A stretch of 60,801 bases of DNA from IMG/VR virus record IMGVR_UViG_3300009537_000009, positions 1 to 60,801 of that record. One strand, 5' to 3'. Below, in pieces: positions 41,698 through 53,171 of the stretch (position 1 is the stretch's first letter; the number at the start of each line of letters is the position of its first letter). The notes beneath the pieces were generated by a model. It saw only the letters and a list, made by a program, of their open reading frames with translations, did no database searches and was not told where the DNA came from. The DNA is from a virus (taxonomy: Duplodnaviria; Caudoviricetes). Position numbers and translations under genes: made by a program.

Positions 41698-44600
41698 TGG
41701 GTATCAATTACCTGCTTGGAGATACACCAGACTCTGCAAAACCTACCAGAGTCTATCCTTCGTCTACTCCGACAAGTGATTCCGATTTTCTCACTGGCAT
41801 AAATCGCGGAATCAGGCAGACTGCTGCGCTCGGCTATGCCGGTTCGGCTATTGTAGGGGGTGGGCTGAGGGCTATTGGTCTTGAGTCCGCTGGAGCCTCT
41901 CTTGAGAAGTTTGGTATCGAGGGATACCATGACTACATGGAGTCTGCCCAGGATTACAAGGCATCCGTTTCATGGACGGATGTATGGAATTCCGACGGGA
42001 GCTTTCTTGATTGGGCGCAGGGGGTACTGGGGGAACAACTACCCAATATGGCTCTGATGATAGGATCGGGCGGATTGGGGGCCGCGCTCGGTAAGAAGAT
42101 TGTGAGTAAGTATGCTCTCGAAAAGATGGCATCATCCGAACTTATGGAAGCGGCAATTAAAAAGGGCGTGACATGGGGTGCCGGAACAGGCGTCTTCGCT
42201 GCATCCGAAATACTGAACACAGGGGAGATATACGGCTCCATCCTGGAGGAGACTGGACAGGCGAGACCTGGAGAGTCTTTATTGTTTGGTACCGTTGCTG
42301 CTTCTTTGGATGCGTTCACCCCGGTGAGAATCCTAAAGGGGTGGGGATACGGGGCTGATTTCACAGGATTCCTATCGAAAACAATAGCATCCCAACCGTT
42401 ATACGGAAGGGCGCTTGCGGCTGGAATAGGAGGCATGATTCGAGAGGGTACTACGGAGGGAATGCAAGCCCTGATAGAAGCGATGGCTGTTAACTTCGTA
42501 AAACAAACCCCAATGCTTGATTTCTCCGATGATCAATGGACTGAGTTCAAGGAATCTATTGCTGCCGGAGCACTGATGGGTGGTGTATCTGTCGTTTCTC
42601 CAACCCCAGGTGTTCTGCAAGCCACAGACGATGAAGCTGACCTTACCGGAGGAGAAGCCCCGCCTTCAGAAGAGTGGTCTATCGAAAGAACCAACGAAAT
42701 TCTTAACAACTCCGATCCTGAAGCCGGTACTAAAGCACTCGAAGAACTTGGACTGTTTAGGGATATAGGTCTTGGGGAGACGAATGTGATCGGCAGGGTA
42801 TCCGGGAAGGATATTATTCCAACTCCTGACTTTGATTCCATCGGAGATGTGATCCCAGCCAAAAGAACTCTGCCTAAAACAGAGCCAGCCACTAAAACTA
42901 CTCCACTTCAGTTCTCTCCGGTCTCACAAGAAGGGGCACTCGCAAAGGACTTGGTGGGACATCTTCTGTCTGCTAATGAATTAGAATCCAACACTCTACA
43001 GGAAATGAATGCGCCAGTAATGGACGCAATGAAGGCTTCCGATATCAGGCTGACTCCGAAGGGCAGGTTGGATGTTCCCCTGAAGGATAAATATCCCGCT
43101 ATTCCAGAGTATTATGATCGTATGCCGAATGAGGATCGCATACCAATCATTAATATGCTTCTAAGGGAGGAGGGGGAGAAGCTGAAGACTTCCTTCAAGA
43201 CACCCGCGCATTTGCAGGGGCTTCCCACAGAAGAGAAGATTGCAAAGACGAAGAAAGAGTTCGAGTTAGCTTTGCTCAAGAGAGTGGATAAGCGTCTAGC
43301 GGCGGCAGTTGGTAAGACAAGTCCTGTCCAAGAAACCCTATTGGATGCCATCAAAACATCCAGACCTACCACAGTACTTCGTGGCCCGGTGGTGAGGGAG
43401 TTCTCCGAGCCTATCAAGAGAACCCTGAAGAAATCACAGAAGAAAAAACTGAAGAAGTCACAAGAGACTTCTGTGGTTACTCCCACACCTTCCGTTCCGC
43501 TGACTACTATGGGAGAAGGGAGGGCCCCAGTCAATCTGATAGGACAGGAGTCAAGGCCTGGAGTTAAGGTTAAGGGTGAGGTTGTTCCGGAAATCAAGAG
43601 GACAACAACAAAGACATTCTTTAACGCAATGACAGGTAAGCTTGAGACGGTAGAAGGAAAGCAGACACCAGACCTGTCTCAACAGGATGAGTACAACAAG
43701 CTTAACACTGCCTACAAATTTGTGGACAAGCTCGACCGGGACTTGAAGTCTATTATAGGCCGTACAGGGTCGAAACGTCCGGACACTGTTAGTGTTGATA
43801 AGGACGGCAACCCTATTACCGTACCATTGCAGACAACGGATGACGACTTCAAAACCTTCACTCCCGAAGAGGATGCGGAAACAGTGAGGCAGGTTTGGAG
43901 GGATACTCTGGACATTCTAGTGTCATCCGGTCATATGACCAAGGAAGAAGTTGGTGATATGAAGCTTGACCCGACTGTGTTCACCTCTGACTTCTATGAT
44001 ATAAACAAACCTGTTGACTTCCAAGCCAGACCACCTCAAGAAAGAGTTCGTCTACAGAAAACAGGAGAGGCATTAGAGACAATGCGCCGCAACATACTGT
44101 TGGGTGTAAGGTCTGTTGGGCTTGGGTGGAGAACGGTAGAAGTCCGCCCTGGTGAATCAAAGCAGACTGTCGATTCTGTTCTGTCTAAGAATGAAAGGTT
44201 TTATGTGGATGGAAAAATCAAACAGGAGTTTGAATTAGTCACTGCTGATAACACAGACCCGTTCTCTGATGTACGGGTTGTTAGAAAGAAAGATCAGGCC
44301 GTGATGGCGATTGTACCATGGGAGGATGCGAGAATATACCGCTCCTACCACAGGACATTCGAGAACAAGAACTTCATTGTGATGAGGGAGGCTCTTGGTC
44401 GGGGTGATGAACCTTGGGTTGTGCTGGACAAAAGAAGAGATAATGCTGTCGTCGAGAAGTTATATCCATATACAGAAGAGGAGTGGCTCTTCCTTAGAAA
44501 GACGGGCATACTTGATGATGTATACAAGGGAAGGGGATTACCTAAGCATAGTAGACAACGCGAGCCTGTATTCGCTCTTCTTGAGGCATATTCTGATATA

Positions 44601-47600
44601 GAGGGAGAAAAGATTCCACCTAAAATGGGATCGAAGTCGAGGCGCGAACTACTGAAGTCAAGGCTGACCATTACTGCTAGACTCAAGAGCATGTTGAATG
44701 ATGCCGTGCAGAGAGTGATTGCCGACCCGGATTTCATCTATACGGGTGATGAAAGTATGCCAACCAAGGATAGGATTGCAATCTTTAATGATTATCTGGA
44801 TAACGCGGCAGATGAGATATATACAGAAGGAATGCTTCGTCTTGTAAATCACGAGATGGAGATTCAACCAAAGAAGTTCCTTAACCTGTTTGAAGATTTG
44901 TTCCGATTCAAGGACTCTCTCGACACTGTATTAACAGCCGCAAACAGGTCTGATGGCGGAACAAAGTGGCAGTTCATGGATAGCGTTCCATCTTCCATTG
45001 CTGGTGTTGTGGACTCTGTTACGAATGATATTATTATTGAACCATCCAACACCATTCCTCTACCTGGAGATACGGTTCTGATGTTTGTGGCTGGGGTTGA
45101 CGGCAAGTACTATCCTCAGACACAGACCTACAAGGCTCTAAGGACGGAGGAGCTTATTAGGGACGGTAAAAGAATTGGCTACACGATGTACTATGAAACA
45201 TCTGGTGGGGTTGAGAAGAAGTGGATGTTCAATCCAGACTCCCCGCATGGGTCCAAGGTGCGCGTCGTTCGCAATGCCCCTAAACCAAGGGAGAGGACAA
45301 AGGCAAGCACTCCTATCATGGATGATAACGAGTTTGTATATAAGATAGAGAATGATGAAGAGTTCTACGATGAACTGGTATTTGGTAGGACAGTTAAATT
45401 CGATACTCTTGGAAGGCCCAATAGAGGCAAGCCCGTGTTTGGTCACACCAAGAGGAGTTGGGAGGAGCGCAGAAGAGAGCTGCTTGATAAGAGAATACTG
45501 AGAAATCAGAGAGGTATCCTGATTCAGGTGAAGGCCGGGGTCACGCCAAATGAACTTGCCATTATAGACTACGAGAACCAAAGGACGGGCGCGTGGAGGG
45601 ATTCATCAAGGGTTCAGGAGTTCAGGTATAAGGCATTCGGTGTAGCGGCTGGCGATCCATATATTCTTGAGTCATTTATTGTAAGAGAATATGTGCCGAC
45701 TGGTATAAGAAAACCAAAAGAAAGTGTTGGTTTGACCCGCACCAAGAAGAAGCCCGGACTCGGTACCGCTAACGCCCACAGAAAAGCTGTTCTACAAAAA
45801 AGAAGGGACCATGAGGCAAGGCTTGACGCGCTTGATAGTACAAGTCTGACAGATAAGGATGTTAGTCTGAACGATTTGATTGTGATCAAACCGTCTGCTC
45901 TGTATAAACACGATGGTATGTACCTTATCCCTTACAGGGTTCTGGATAAAACAAAGGTTGGCGCGTTGCTTGAGAATGGCAGACTCATTCCATTCAAGGA
46001 CATTGGAAGTTCTCAGCCAATGGAAAGAGATGCCACAAATATCTTTGTTAAGAGAGATAATCAGTTTGTAACCAAGGAGAATGCGGCGTTCAGATATATC
46101 TCAGACAACATCCTTATGAATGATATGGGTGTGTATATCAGAGACCCTGTTGATGGTGAGGATCACAGAACCGTGATCATTGCAGACCGTGAAGTAACAA
46201 AGGATATCAACAGCAAGTATCTCAGCAAGTTATCGAAGATAGAGGCAGCATCACGGTCACTGGAAGAAAAGAAGAAGGAGGTTCGCAATAGCAAGGCAAG
46301 GAGAAAGAGAGCATTTCTCAACGGAGAAATCAACGAGAGTGAAAGGGCTATTGGTGATGAGATAGATAATGTCTCTATCAAGGAAGCGAAAGAGAACCTC
46401 GATAATGCTCAGATGAGGGCGAACTTCTTCCACCGGGAAGAGACTCCGTATATTTTGAGCTCGGCCATTCTTGATAAGCGAGCAACACAGGTAGGCGTAA
46501 TTACAGACTCGCAACAGATAGAGCAATGGGCCGATCCGGACCTGTACAACATGGGGCTCATTGAAATTATTGGCTCTATGGGCGACTCGGCTATGCGTAT
46601 ACACCAAAGGGCTAGATACGCAGAACAGATAGCTGTCTTGAGGGAAGATATTGCGGCCATCAAAAAAAGGAAGCCAGACGCAAGGACGGAGCTGAACTTC
46701 GAGGAGAGTGAGTCAACACCCCTATTACTTGGTTTCCAGAGAGCAGAGTTAATCGAGGGGTATGAAGAAGAGATTGCCTTCCTATCAGAAGAAATCAGAA
46801 ATCTTGAGAAATCAGAGAACTTACATAAGATTACTCCGGAAGAAATAGTGGAGTTCAAGCTGAAGAAGACAGCCGCTCAGCTTGTCGGCATGACTGGAGC
46901 AAGAATCACTCTCAATACTCTCGATGGCAACAAGGTCAAGGGAACCATCAAACGTCTAATTATAGATAGGGATGGGAAGGGGGTTGAGATAACTACTCCA
47001 GTTGATGTGAAGAGGGTTCACTTCGATAACATCGCGTCCTTCAAAGCCGCACATACATTCTCTGGTGCTGCCCCTGTTGAACTAAAATCTCCACAAGAAA
47101 GACTGGATGCTGTTTTTAAGAGAGAGGCAAGCTACCAGGAAAGCGTCAACCTGAATAGGAAGCCAAGCGAAAATGTTCAGGTTCTATTGAGGAAGCACTA
47201 CGGATACTTCGATCACGATGGGTATCGCGTTCCTGCTACCAAGCTGCATACTGCTACGGGATTGAAGTCAACCGACTTCTTCAACTCCTACGATGAGAGG
47301 CTGAAAAAGTTTCCAAAGGATAAACTTCTGCTAGTAACCATGTCCAATGGAAGCAAGTTCCTTGGCACAGTTGATAGAGTGGATAACCCCATGGATGGTG
47401 ATGAAGTGTGGATGAGCGGTATATTCACAAGAGCACCAGGAGAGTCCTTCAATCAAAGAAAGCTTAAAAGCTTGAACAAGAGGGATCGAAGGAAGGGTGC
47501 CCCTCAGATTAAGAAGTTTGACGCCAACAAGATTATCTTCATCGAGCGCAACCACGGCCTATCTTTGCCATCTACAGAAAAGCCTATTGCTGTAGCAAAA

Positions 47601-50600
47601 AGAACAGACGAGCCTAATGTGGATGCCACGCCAAGACGACAACTTGGCTTTTCTTTTTCCCCACCTACTGATCTTGCAGCAAAGGCTAAGGACTTCTATA
47701 CCAAAACCAGACCTACCAACAGAAAAGAAGAGGTTATGAACTATGAAAACGCTCTTCCTATTATCTCAGATAGTGCTGTGTACGAAGTCTACGATTTGGA
47801 TGGCAACGGTAAGGATGTACCGACAGGTACCTTCACTCCCGTCTATTTCGGTATGGATGGTCGTGTATTCAAGGTTGAGGGGAAGGAGAGACTGACCCGC
47901 AAGCAAGCTGGGTATGAAAGACGCAAGGTAATGAAGGCTGTCCCTAAAGCGCAAGAGGAGGCCAGACTTAAAAAGGAGCGAGAGGCGTCCCTGAAGGAAG
48001 CTTTCGAAAAAAAGAAAGAGGCGAAAAAAGAAAAGAGAACACTCGTAAGAAATAGAGTCGGTACTGGTGAGGTTTCATCAGAGCCTATACAGGGGTTCAA
48101 ACCGATTAAGCCTGATCGCGGAGAGATAACACTCATCGTCTCCAGAATTCTTAATAAGAAAGGGCTTGCCTCTGTTGTTCCGAGTGGTCAAATAAAGAGA
48201 GGGGTGACACAGAAGAAGGCTTTTGCGTTAGTGGAAACCGCCGTTGGTAGAAAACTGACAGAGAAGTTTTTTGTATTTGTTGGTGATCCCCAAAATCTGC
48301 CGGTACAGAATAGTCCAGAGGGGATGACCACACGGGCACTAACATACGGCAACAAGATTTATATCGCAGAGAACTCGATTGCTCCGGGTGAAATGAGGGG
48401 GATTGTTTTCCACGAGTTGGGTGTTCATATTGGTATGCGTCTTGGAATGTCCATGGAACAGATGACGAATATCCTTGACACCTTCCGCAAACTTGCTCTA
48501 CACAACAAGGATATTCAAGCATCTGTTGAGTTTGCTTCCCTCGCGGTTCCAGAGGGCGTGATGAATCGGGATGATGTAGTCATAGAGGAGGCTCTTGCAT
48601 ACTACATCCAGAACTTCCCGCCCAAGGCATTACCAAATACACTATGGAAGAAGCTGATTGCTATCGGAAAAGAAATCTTTTCTGGTATCCAGTTGAGAAG
48701 GGGGAAGGCAACGATAAATGATATCGTGAATTTGATTCAAGGGGCCACAAGGAATCTTGAGGACATGCAGCTTAGAACCGTGGATTCTCTGAACGATTGG
48801 GCCATAGAACAGCCTATGGCAAGTGCTGTGGAGACGAGTATCGGGCAATGGCGAAATCCACAGGAGATTGACGCTGGTCCGGTCATGAACTGGATCAATA
48901 AAAAAATGAAGTTCATGCACACGTATGGTGAGTTAACGGATTTCCATCAGTTTGTATCACTGCATAATGAGATTCTAGGAAACACCACTATGGTTGAGCG
49001 TTCGGCCAGATCGTTCTTCGATGGGTTAAAGAATGCACCCAAAGAAGTCAGCAGGGAAATGTTTGAGTATCTCATCGATGCCGCTGGAGACCCGCTGAGT
49101 ATTTCCGATCCACACTTCAGGGAGATTGCTGTTGATGCGAAGAAAGTGATCATGGAAATAGGGAGAAAGCTGGTAGAGAGTGGGCATATAAACAAACAGG
49201 AGTATGAGAAACTCAAGGGTGCTTATCTGCCAAGGGTATATTTGAAGTATATGTTGGAGAAGAAACCATACAAGGCAAAGGGTGGTGGGCTCGGAGTGAG
49301 CAAGCTGAGTTATACAAAGCCACGTCTGGACATACCAGAAGACGTAAGGGAGGCGTACTATAACGAAGTGAAGGATGCGTCATATCTGGTTGCCAGAGCA
49401 ATAAGTATTCCGTTAAGAGACTTGGCCATCTTCCAAGGATTGAAAGAAATGGTGACAAAGAAGGAGTGGGTTCTGCCCAACCAACTTGCTAGTTGGGATG
49501 GTCTGGAGGTGACTGTTCATTGGCTTGAGAGGGAGGCGGCGGCTATTTACGCCAGGATGAACTACATTCCTGTTGAGCAAAAGGTGGCAGCAAGGGAGTA
49601 TGCCGATAGAATGATGGCGGTTGCGGAAGAGCAAAAAGAGAAGTTTGCTCCTGATGAGAATCTTGCTAAGGACTGGGTTGAACTAAGAAAGGACGAAAGA
49701 TTGGGGGCTTTGTCTGGTCTTGTGGTTAGAAAGGAGATAGCTGACCAGTTCAACGTAGTCGAGTTTATGATCGGTGATCCCGGGTGGGCAGAGAGATGGC
49801 TTGGTGACGATGGATACGCAACCAGGGCTACCATGTTATGGAAGTGGGCGCACGTTGTTATCAATCCCGCAACCGTGATTAGAAACCATATCTCCAACAT
49901 GTCTCTTATGTACCTTTCCGGTATGTCAATGAGAAATGTTGTAAGTTACATGGCCCGTGCATTTGATGAGCTTGCCAAGGATAACTCTAACCCGATGGTA
50001 TCTAAAGTCGGAGAAGGTAGCGAGTGGGTGAGAAGATTCGAAAGAATGGGTATCCGCAAGGGAACGTGGTCTAACGTAGAACTTATGAGAATGGACGATG
50101 AGTTCCAAGCTGTTCTCGCAAAGGCAACCAAGGAAGGAGATGCCGGGTCTCTTTTCAAGATTCTTGCATTCGCCAAGGATAAGTTCCATCTCGTACACAA
50201 CAAGAGCGGAAACTTCTATCAGTTCCTTGAGGAGTGGGCGAAGCTTGCGAAGGCGATGCACGAGGTTGAGGTGAACGGCATGGCTGACGTGGATGCCGCT
50301 AACCAAGCACAGAAGTGGTTGATCGACTATTCATTTGTGGGTAAAAGTGTACGCTTCTTGAGAAGTAGTCCTATAGGTGTTCCCTTCCTTACCTTCACAA
50401 CAAAGGTGATTCCCTTGATGATGGAGGTTGCCACAAGATCACCGCAGAGATTCATACCGTTCATCGCTATGTACTATGCTATGGAGGCCGTAACGAAGTC
50501 CATGCTGGATTTGGATGACGATGAGTATGAGATGTACATGAACAGACTACCCGAGTATGTTAGAGAGGGGCACGGTATCATTCCTGTGCCGATGGAAGAT

Positions 50601-51185
50601 GAGGAAGGTAATCCTTATTTCATGAATTTGAAACACCACATGCCTTGGCAGGTTCTGCAAGATATAGGATACGGTTTATATAAGGGGGATATTTTCGGGG
50701 CCGCAAAGGGGTTTGGTGTGTTTGGCTCTCCGTTGATTTCGCTTGCTGCCGGTGCGGTAACAAACGTCGATCCGTTTACTGAGAGAGAGATTACAGACCC
50801 TGGGGACAGTGCTCCTGACCGAGCATGGGATTGGGTGAAGTGGGTCTACAATCTGACGCTTCCACCATTCATGACTTCCTATGGGGCGTTTGGGGAAGCC
50901 TACGATTATGTGACACAAACAAAGGATAGGTATGGGGAGAAGAAGTCCCTGCCTAACGTATTAGGGAAGGCAACCGGGTTCAATATGATATCCGCATCAG
51001 AAGGCGAGAGGGAGGGAAATCTAAACTACCTTGGATGGAAGCTCAGGGAGATGGAGATGGCCAGATCACGAGCCCTCAAGGAGGCCCACACCAGCGAAGA
51101 GAAGAGGGAGTTACGTGATAGCTACGGCAAAAGAATCAAGGAGCAGAAGGAGAAGATACGGGAGTACTCCCGTCTAACTTCCTAA
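41697..51185 (+). CDS. Giant (3162 aa) internal virion / polyvalent ejection protein
   Basis: Uninterrupted ORF; Gly/Ala hydrophobic N-terminus, FHELGVH...EEALA metallopeptidase-like motif, C-terminal PF..F and D.FT..I motifs. Confidence 0.8.
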   Translation: MGINYLLGDTPDSAKPTRVYPSSTPTSDSDFLTGINRGIRQTAALGYAGSAIVGGGLRAIGLESAGASLEKFGIEGYHDYMESAQDYKASVSWTDVWNSDGSFLDWAQGVLGEQLPNMALMIGSGGLGAALGKKIVSKYALEKMASSELMEAAIKKGVTWGAGTGVFAASEILNTGEIYGSILEETGQARPGESLLFGTVAASLDAFTPVRILKGWGYGADFTGFLSKTIASQPLYGRALAAGIGGMIREGTTEGMQALIEAMAVNFVKQTPMLDFSDDQWTEFKESIAAGALMGGVSVVSPTPGVLQATDDEADLTGGEAPPSEEWSIERTNEILNNSDPEAGTKALEELGLFRDIGLGETNVIGRVSGKDIIPTPDFDSIGDVIPAKRTLPKTEPATKTTPLQFSPVSQEGALAKDLVGHLLSANELESNTLQEMNAPVMDAMKASDIRLTPKGRLDVPLKDKYPAIPEYYDRMPNEDRIPIINMLLREEGEKLKTSFKTPAHLQGLPTEEKIAKTKKEFELALLKRVDKRLAAAVGKTSPVQETLLDAIKTSRPTTVLRGPVVREFSEPIKRTLKKSQKKKLKKSQETSVVTPTPSVPLTTMGEGRAPVNLIGQESRPGVKVKGEVVPEIKRTTTKTFFNAMTGKLETVEGKQTPDLSQQDEYNKLNTAYKFVDKLDRDLKSIIGRTGSKRPDTVSVDKDGNPITVPLQTTDDDFKTFTPEEDAETVRQVWRDTLDILVSSGHMTKEEVGDMKLDPTVFTSDFYDINKPVDFQARPPQERVRLQKTGEALETMRRNILLGVRSVGLGWRTVEVRPGESKQTVDSVLSKNERFYVDGKIKQEFELVTADNTDPFSDVRVVRKKDQAVMAIVPWEDARIYRSYHRTFENKNFIVMREALGRGDEPWVVLDKRRDNAVVEKLYPYTEEEWLFLRKTGILDDVYKGRGLPKHSRQREPVFALLEAYSDIEGEKIPPKMGSKSRRELLKSRLTITARLKSMLNDAVQRVIADPDFIYTGDESMPTKDRIAIFNDYLDNAADEIYTEGMLRLVNHEMEIQPKKFLNLFEDLFRFKDSLDTVLTAANRSDGGTKWQFMDSVPSSIAGVVDSVTNDIIIEPSNTIPLPGDTVLMFVAGVDGKYYPQTQTYKALRTEELIRDGKRIGYTMYYETSGGVEKKWMFNPDSPHGSKVRVVRNAPKPRERTKASTPIMDDNEFVYKIENDEEFYDELVFGRTVKFDTLGRPNRGKPVFGHTKRSWEERRRELLDKRILRNQRGILIQVKAGVTPNELAIIDYENQRTGAWRDSSRVQEFRYKAFGVAAGDPYILESFIVREYVPTGIRKPKESVGLTRTKKKPGLGTANAHRKAVLQKRRDHEARLDALDSTSLTDKDVSLNDLIVIKPSALYKHDGMYLIPYRVLDKTKVGALLENGRLIPFKDIGSSQPMERDATNIFVKRDNQFVTKENAAFRYISDNILMNDMGVYIRDPVDGEDHRTVIIADREVTKDINSKYLSKLSKIEAASRSLEEKKKEVRNSKARRKRAFLNGEINESERAIGDEIDNVSIKEAKENLDNAQMRANFFHREETPYILSSAILDKRATQVGVITDSQQIEQWADPDLYNMGLIEIIGSMGDSAMRIHQRARYAEQIAVLREDIAAIKKRKPDARTELNFEESESTPLLLGFQRAELIEGYEEEIAFLSEEIRNLEKSENLHKITPEEIVEFKLKKTAAQLVGMTGARITLNTLDGNKVKGTIKRLIIDRDGKGVEITTPVDVKRVHFDNIASFKAAHTFSGAAPVELKSPQERLDAVFKREASYQESVNLNRKPSENVQVLLRKHYGYFDHDGYRVPATKLHTATGLKSTDFFNSYDERLKKFPKDKLLLVTMSNGSKFLGTVDRVDNPMDGDEVWMSGIFTRAPGESFNQRKLKSLNKRDRRKGAPQIKKFDANKIIFIERNHGLSLPSTEKPIAVAKRTDEPNVDATPRRQLGFSFSPPTDLAAKAKDFYTKTRPTNRKEEVMNYENALPIISDSAVYEVYDLDGNGKDVPTGTFTPVYFGMDGRVFKVEGKERLTRKQAGYERRKVMKAVPKAQEEARLKKEREASLKEAFEKKKEAKKEKRTLVRNRVGTGEVSSEPIQGFKPIKPDRGEITLIVSRILNKKGLASVVPSGQIKRGVTQKKAFALVETAVGRKLTEKFFVFVGDPQNLPVQNSPEGMTTRALTYGNKIYIAENSIAPGEMRGIVFHELGVHIGMRLGMSMEQMTNILDTFRKLALHNKDIQASVEFASLAVPEGVMNRDDVVIEEALAYYIQNFPPKALPNTLWKKLIAIGKEIFSGIQLRRGKATINDIVNLIQGATRNLEDMQLRTVDSLNDWAIEQPMASAVETSIGQWRNPQEIDAGPVMNWINKKMKFMHTYGELTDFHQFVSLHNEILGNTTMVERSARSFFDGLKNAPKEVSREMFEYLIDAAGDPLSISDPHFREIAVDAKKVIMEIGRKLVESGHINKQEYEKLKGAYLPRVYLKYMLEKKPYKAKGGGLGVSKLSYTKPRLDIPEDVREAYYNEVKDASYLVARAISIPLRDLAIFQGLKEMVTKKEWVLPNQLASWDGLEVTVHWLEREAAAIYARMNYIPVEQKVAAREYADRMMAVAEEQKEKFAPDENLAKDWVELRKDERLGALSGLVVRKEIADQFNVVEFMIGDPGWAERWLGDDGYATRATMLWKWAHVVINPATVIRNHISNMSLMYLSGMSMRNVVSYMARAFDELAKDNSNPMVSKVGEGSEWVRRFERMGIRKGTWSNVELMRMDDEFQAVLAKATKEGDAGSLFKILAFAKDKFHLVHNKSGNFYQFLEEWAKLAKAMHEVEVNGMADVDAANQAQKWLIDYSFVGKSVRFLRSSPIGVPFLTFTTKVIPLMMEVATRSPQRFIPFIAMYYAMEAVTKSMLDLDDDEYEMYMNRLPEYVREGHGIIPVPMEDEEGNPYFMNLKHHMPWQVLQDIGYGLYKGDIFGAAKGFGVFGSPLISLAAGAVTNVDPFTEREITDPGDSAPDRAWDWVKWVYNLTLPPFMTSYGAFGEAYDYVTQTKDRYGEKKSLPNVLGKATGFNMISASEGEREGNLNYLGWKLREMEMARSRALKEAHTSEEKRELRDSYGKRIKEQKEKIREYSRLTS

Positions 51186-51301
51186 ACGAAACAACCTTGC
51201 CACGAAAGATGTAGAGAGCCTCTGCCCAGTAGGGCGACTCTCTGCACAACTCTGCAATGTCTGGACGCTTTTCTTTCAGCATCACCCACCAGTCTCTTTT
51301 C

Positions 51302-51673
51302 TCATTCATTACAGGGGTCTTTTATAGACTGGTCGGGGGTTTCGTCCTGAGAAGTGGGGGTGTTGATTGGCATCATCTTATAGTTGCACTTAACGGTCCA
51401 ATCCGAATCCCACCAATCTCCTTCTTGATCATATCCATCCTCGTCTATTTCCGCATCGGGCGGTCGCTCTGTTCGGTCGTACTCTTGTGCCGAGTGCGTG
51501 ACCTCGCCCACGACAATATTTATTACCTCTTCACCCCATCCATCATTTGAATGGCTGTCCTTAATAGCGGCGGCTGCGGCCTTGTCTCGGTCGTCAACCG
51601 AATCAAAATACTGCATCCCATCGCCTTCGGGATCGTATAAAAAGTATCGCTGTTGTTGGTAGTTCCAGTTCAT
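51302..51673 (-). CDS. Acidic hypothetical protein
   Basis: YFLYDPEGDG...GEVTH...CNY. Confidence 0.7.
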   Translation of the reverse strand: MNWNYQQQRYFLYDPEGDGMQYFDSVDDRDKAAAAAIKDSHSNDGWGEEVINIVVGEVTHSAQEYDRTERPPDAEIDEDGYDQEGDWWDSDWTVKCNYKMMPINTPTSQDETPDQSIKDPCNE

Positions 51674-51740
51674 ATCTCACCGTTAGAACCGCGAACCAAA
51701 AAACAGTTTGCATCATAAACGGTTTGAGCGAACCCACTCA

Positions 51741-52073
51741 TCAAAAAATAACACACCTGTCGTCGCCCAATCGAGATAGCATACGTTGTGCCGCACGAAT
51801 ATATTCATCAGTCCAGCCATTCCTGGCCGAAGCGAATGGGAAGTCATCAATCGTGAGCAGTGTACCTGCTCCATGTTTCTTCCACTTGCTTTTCTTTATT
51901 GAGGGGAAGTGATACTTCGATCTTCCTATGATGATACTGCGCTCGGCACTCAGTGAGGGCTTCTCTTCGGTCACCACGATGGCTCCGTTTTCTGCGATGA
52001 AAATAAACCTTGGTATAAATTCGTTCATTTCTCTAGTATACCTCACATGATGAAGATAGCCAATACCAATCAC
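51741..52073 (-). CDS. Hypothetical protein
   Basis: Coupled ORF. Confidence 0.55.
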   Translation of the reverse strand: MIGIGYLHHVRYTREMNEFIPRFIFIAENGAIVVTEEKPSLSAERSIIIGRSKYHFPSIKKSKWKKHGAGTLLTIDDFPFASARNGWTDEYIRAAQRMLSRLGDDRCVIF

Positions 52074-52846
52074 AAATAATCTCTCATTAATTTACGCATT
52101 GTAATAGAGCGTATCTCGTCGTAGTAACCCTCTCCATCTATATCCTTCAAGACAATAATCCCCCTCCACCACCTGAACTCGGTGTCCCTGCACCAGTGCT
52201 CACTGTAATCATGGTGAGAGAAGCACCCCGCGCTCAGTCCGAAAATCTTCTGTCCGTTTGGAAGCGTGTCCTCCGCGTGAGAGTACAGATGTGAGTGTCC
52301 CTGCACACAGGAAACGTGCATCTTTGTGATCAGGGACCGAGATATGTTAACCCCGCTGATGGGTCTGCCCATAACTCCAGATGTAAAATAGTGAGAGAAG
52401 TGAATTCCCCCGATCACCAGAGCACGCTTGAACGAAATATACTTCCACTGCTCATAGGGCAATTGATCCAAGCTGATAATGTTGCTGAGGTACGGATAAT
52501 TAGCACACAGAGTGTTTATCCTTTGCTCGTGGTTTCCCCCGAGCATACAAAGATTGGGACTATATAGTTTCTTTCTTGATAATCTGGCCCGAGCATTATA
52601 CTTCTCTGTTGGCCCGAGCAGTCTGCCCATTGCATCTTTGGCAGACACCAAATCATCCAAAAACCTCTGACCCTCAGCGGCTTCCGGGGTGTTATGAGAA
52701 CTGATAGATGACAGGTCAGCAAAATCCCCGAGACAAACAATATGCTCTGGTTGGGTGGAAATGATGAACCTGCCTAGCGCATCAAACCGCTCATTGCCAT
52801 ACTTGGGGGAGGCGTGGGGGTCCGGAATAATAAGTATATCTGACAT
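52070..52846 (-). CDS. Calcineurin-like metallophosphoesterase
   Basis: PDPH, LGDFAD, GNHE, HY, GHSH. Confidence 0.88.
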   Translation of the reverse strand: MSDILIIPDPHASPKYGNERFDALGRFIISTQPEHIVCLGDFADLSSISSHNTPEAAEGQRFLDDLVSAKDAMGRLLGPTEKYNARARLSRKKLYSPNLCMLGGNHEQRINTLCANYPYLSNIISLDQLPYEQWKYISFKRALVIGGIHFSHYFTSGVMGRPISGVNISRSLITKMHVSCVQGHSHLYSHAEDTLPNGQKIFGLSAGCFSHHDYSEHWCRDTEFRWWRGIIVLKDIDGEGYYDEIRSITMRKLMRDYL

Positions 52847-52847
52847 T

Positions 52848-53171
52848 TTATATATGCCAATCTTTTTTGGGTTGAGTAGATATGCGTCTTAGTTTCTCCG
52901 CCGCACCAACCCAGGGATCGAGGGGCACTTCGGGAGGCATCTCCTGCCCCCCACATTCCTTATAAATATCCGCCAACAGATTTGAGTATATCTTTATCTT
53001 CTCCGCATCCCTCTCCTCCTGGCCTTTACGGGTCATGCGAGAAGTGTACTTTAATATATTACCAAGCAGGTAACCGCGCCACTCAATCGGGCTTAGCTTT
53101 GCCTTGATGAATGCGATAGTCTCTATACCACCCGCGTCATAGTAAGTAGCGTTTTCGTCAAGCGTCATCAA
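52848..53171 (-). CDS. DUF3310-like protein
   Basis: YYDAGGIETIAFI...GYLLGNILKYTSR..KG..D..K. Confidence 0.8.
   Translation of the reverse strand: MMTLDENATYYDAGGIETIAFIKAKLSPIEWRGYLLGNILKYTSRMTRKGQEERDAEKIKIYSNLLADIYKECGGQEMPPEVPLDPWVGAAEKLRRISTQPKKDWHI

Noticed and set aside
41697-51185. N4-like virion RNA polymerase
   Set aside because: Size is similar but no single- or multi-subunit RNA polymerase catalytic motifs were recognised
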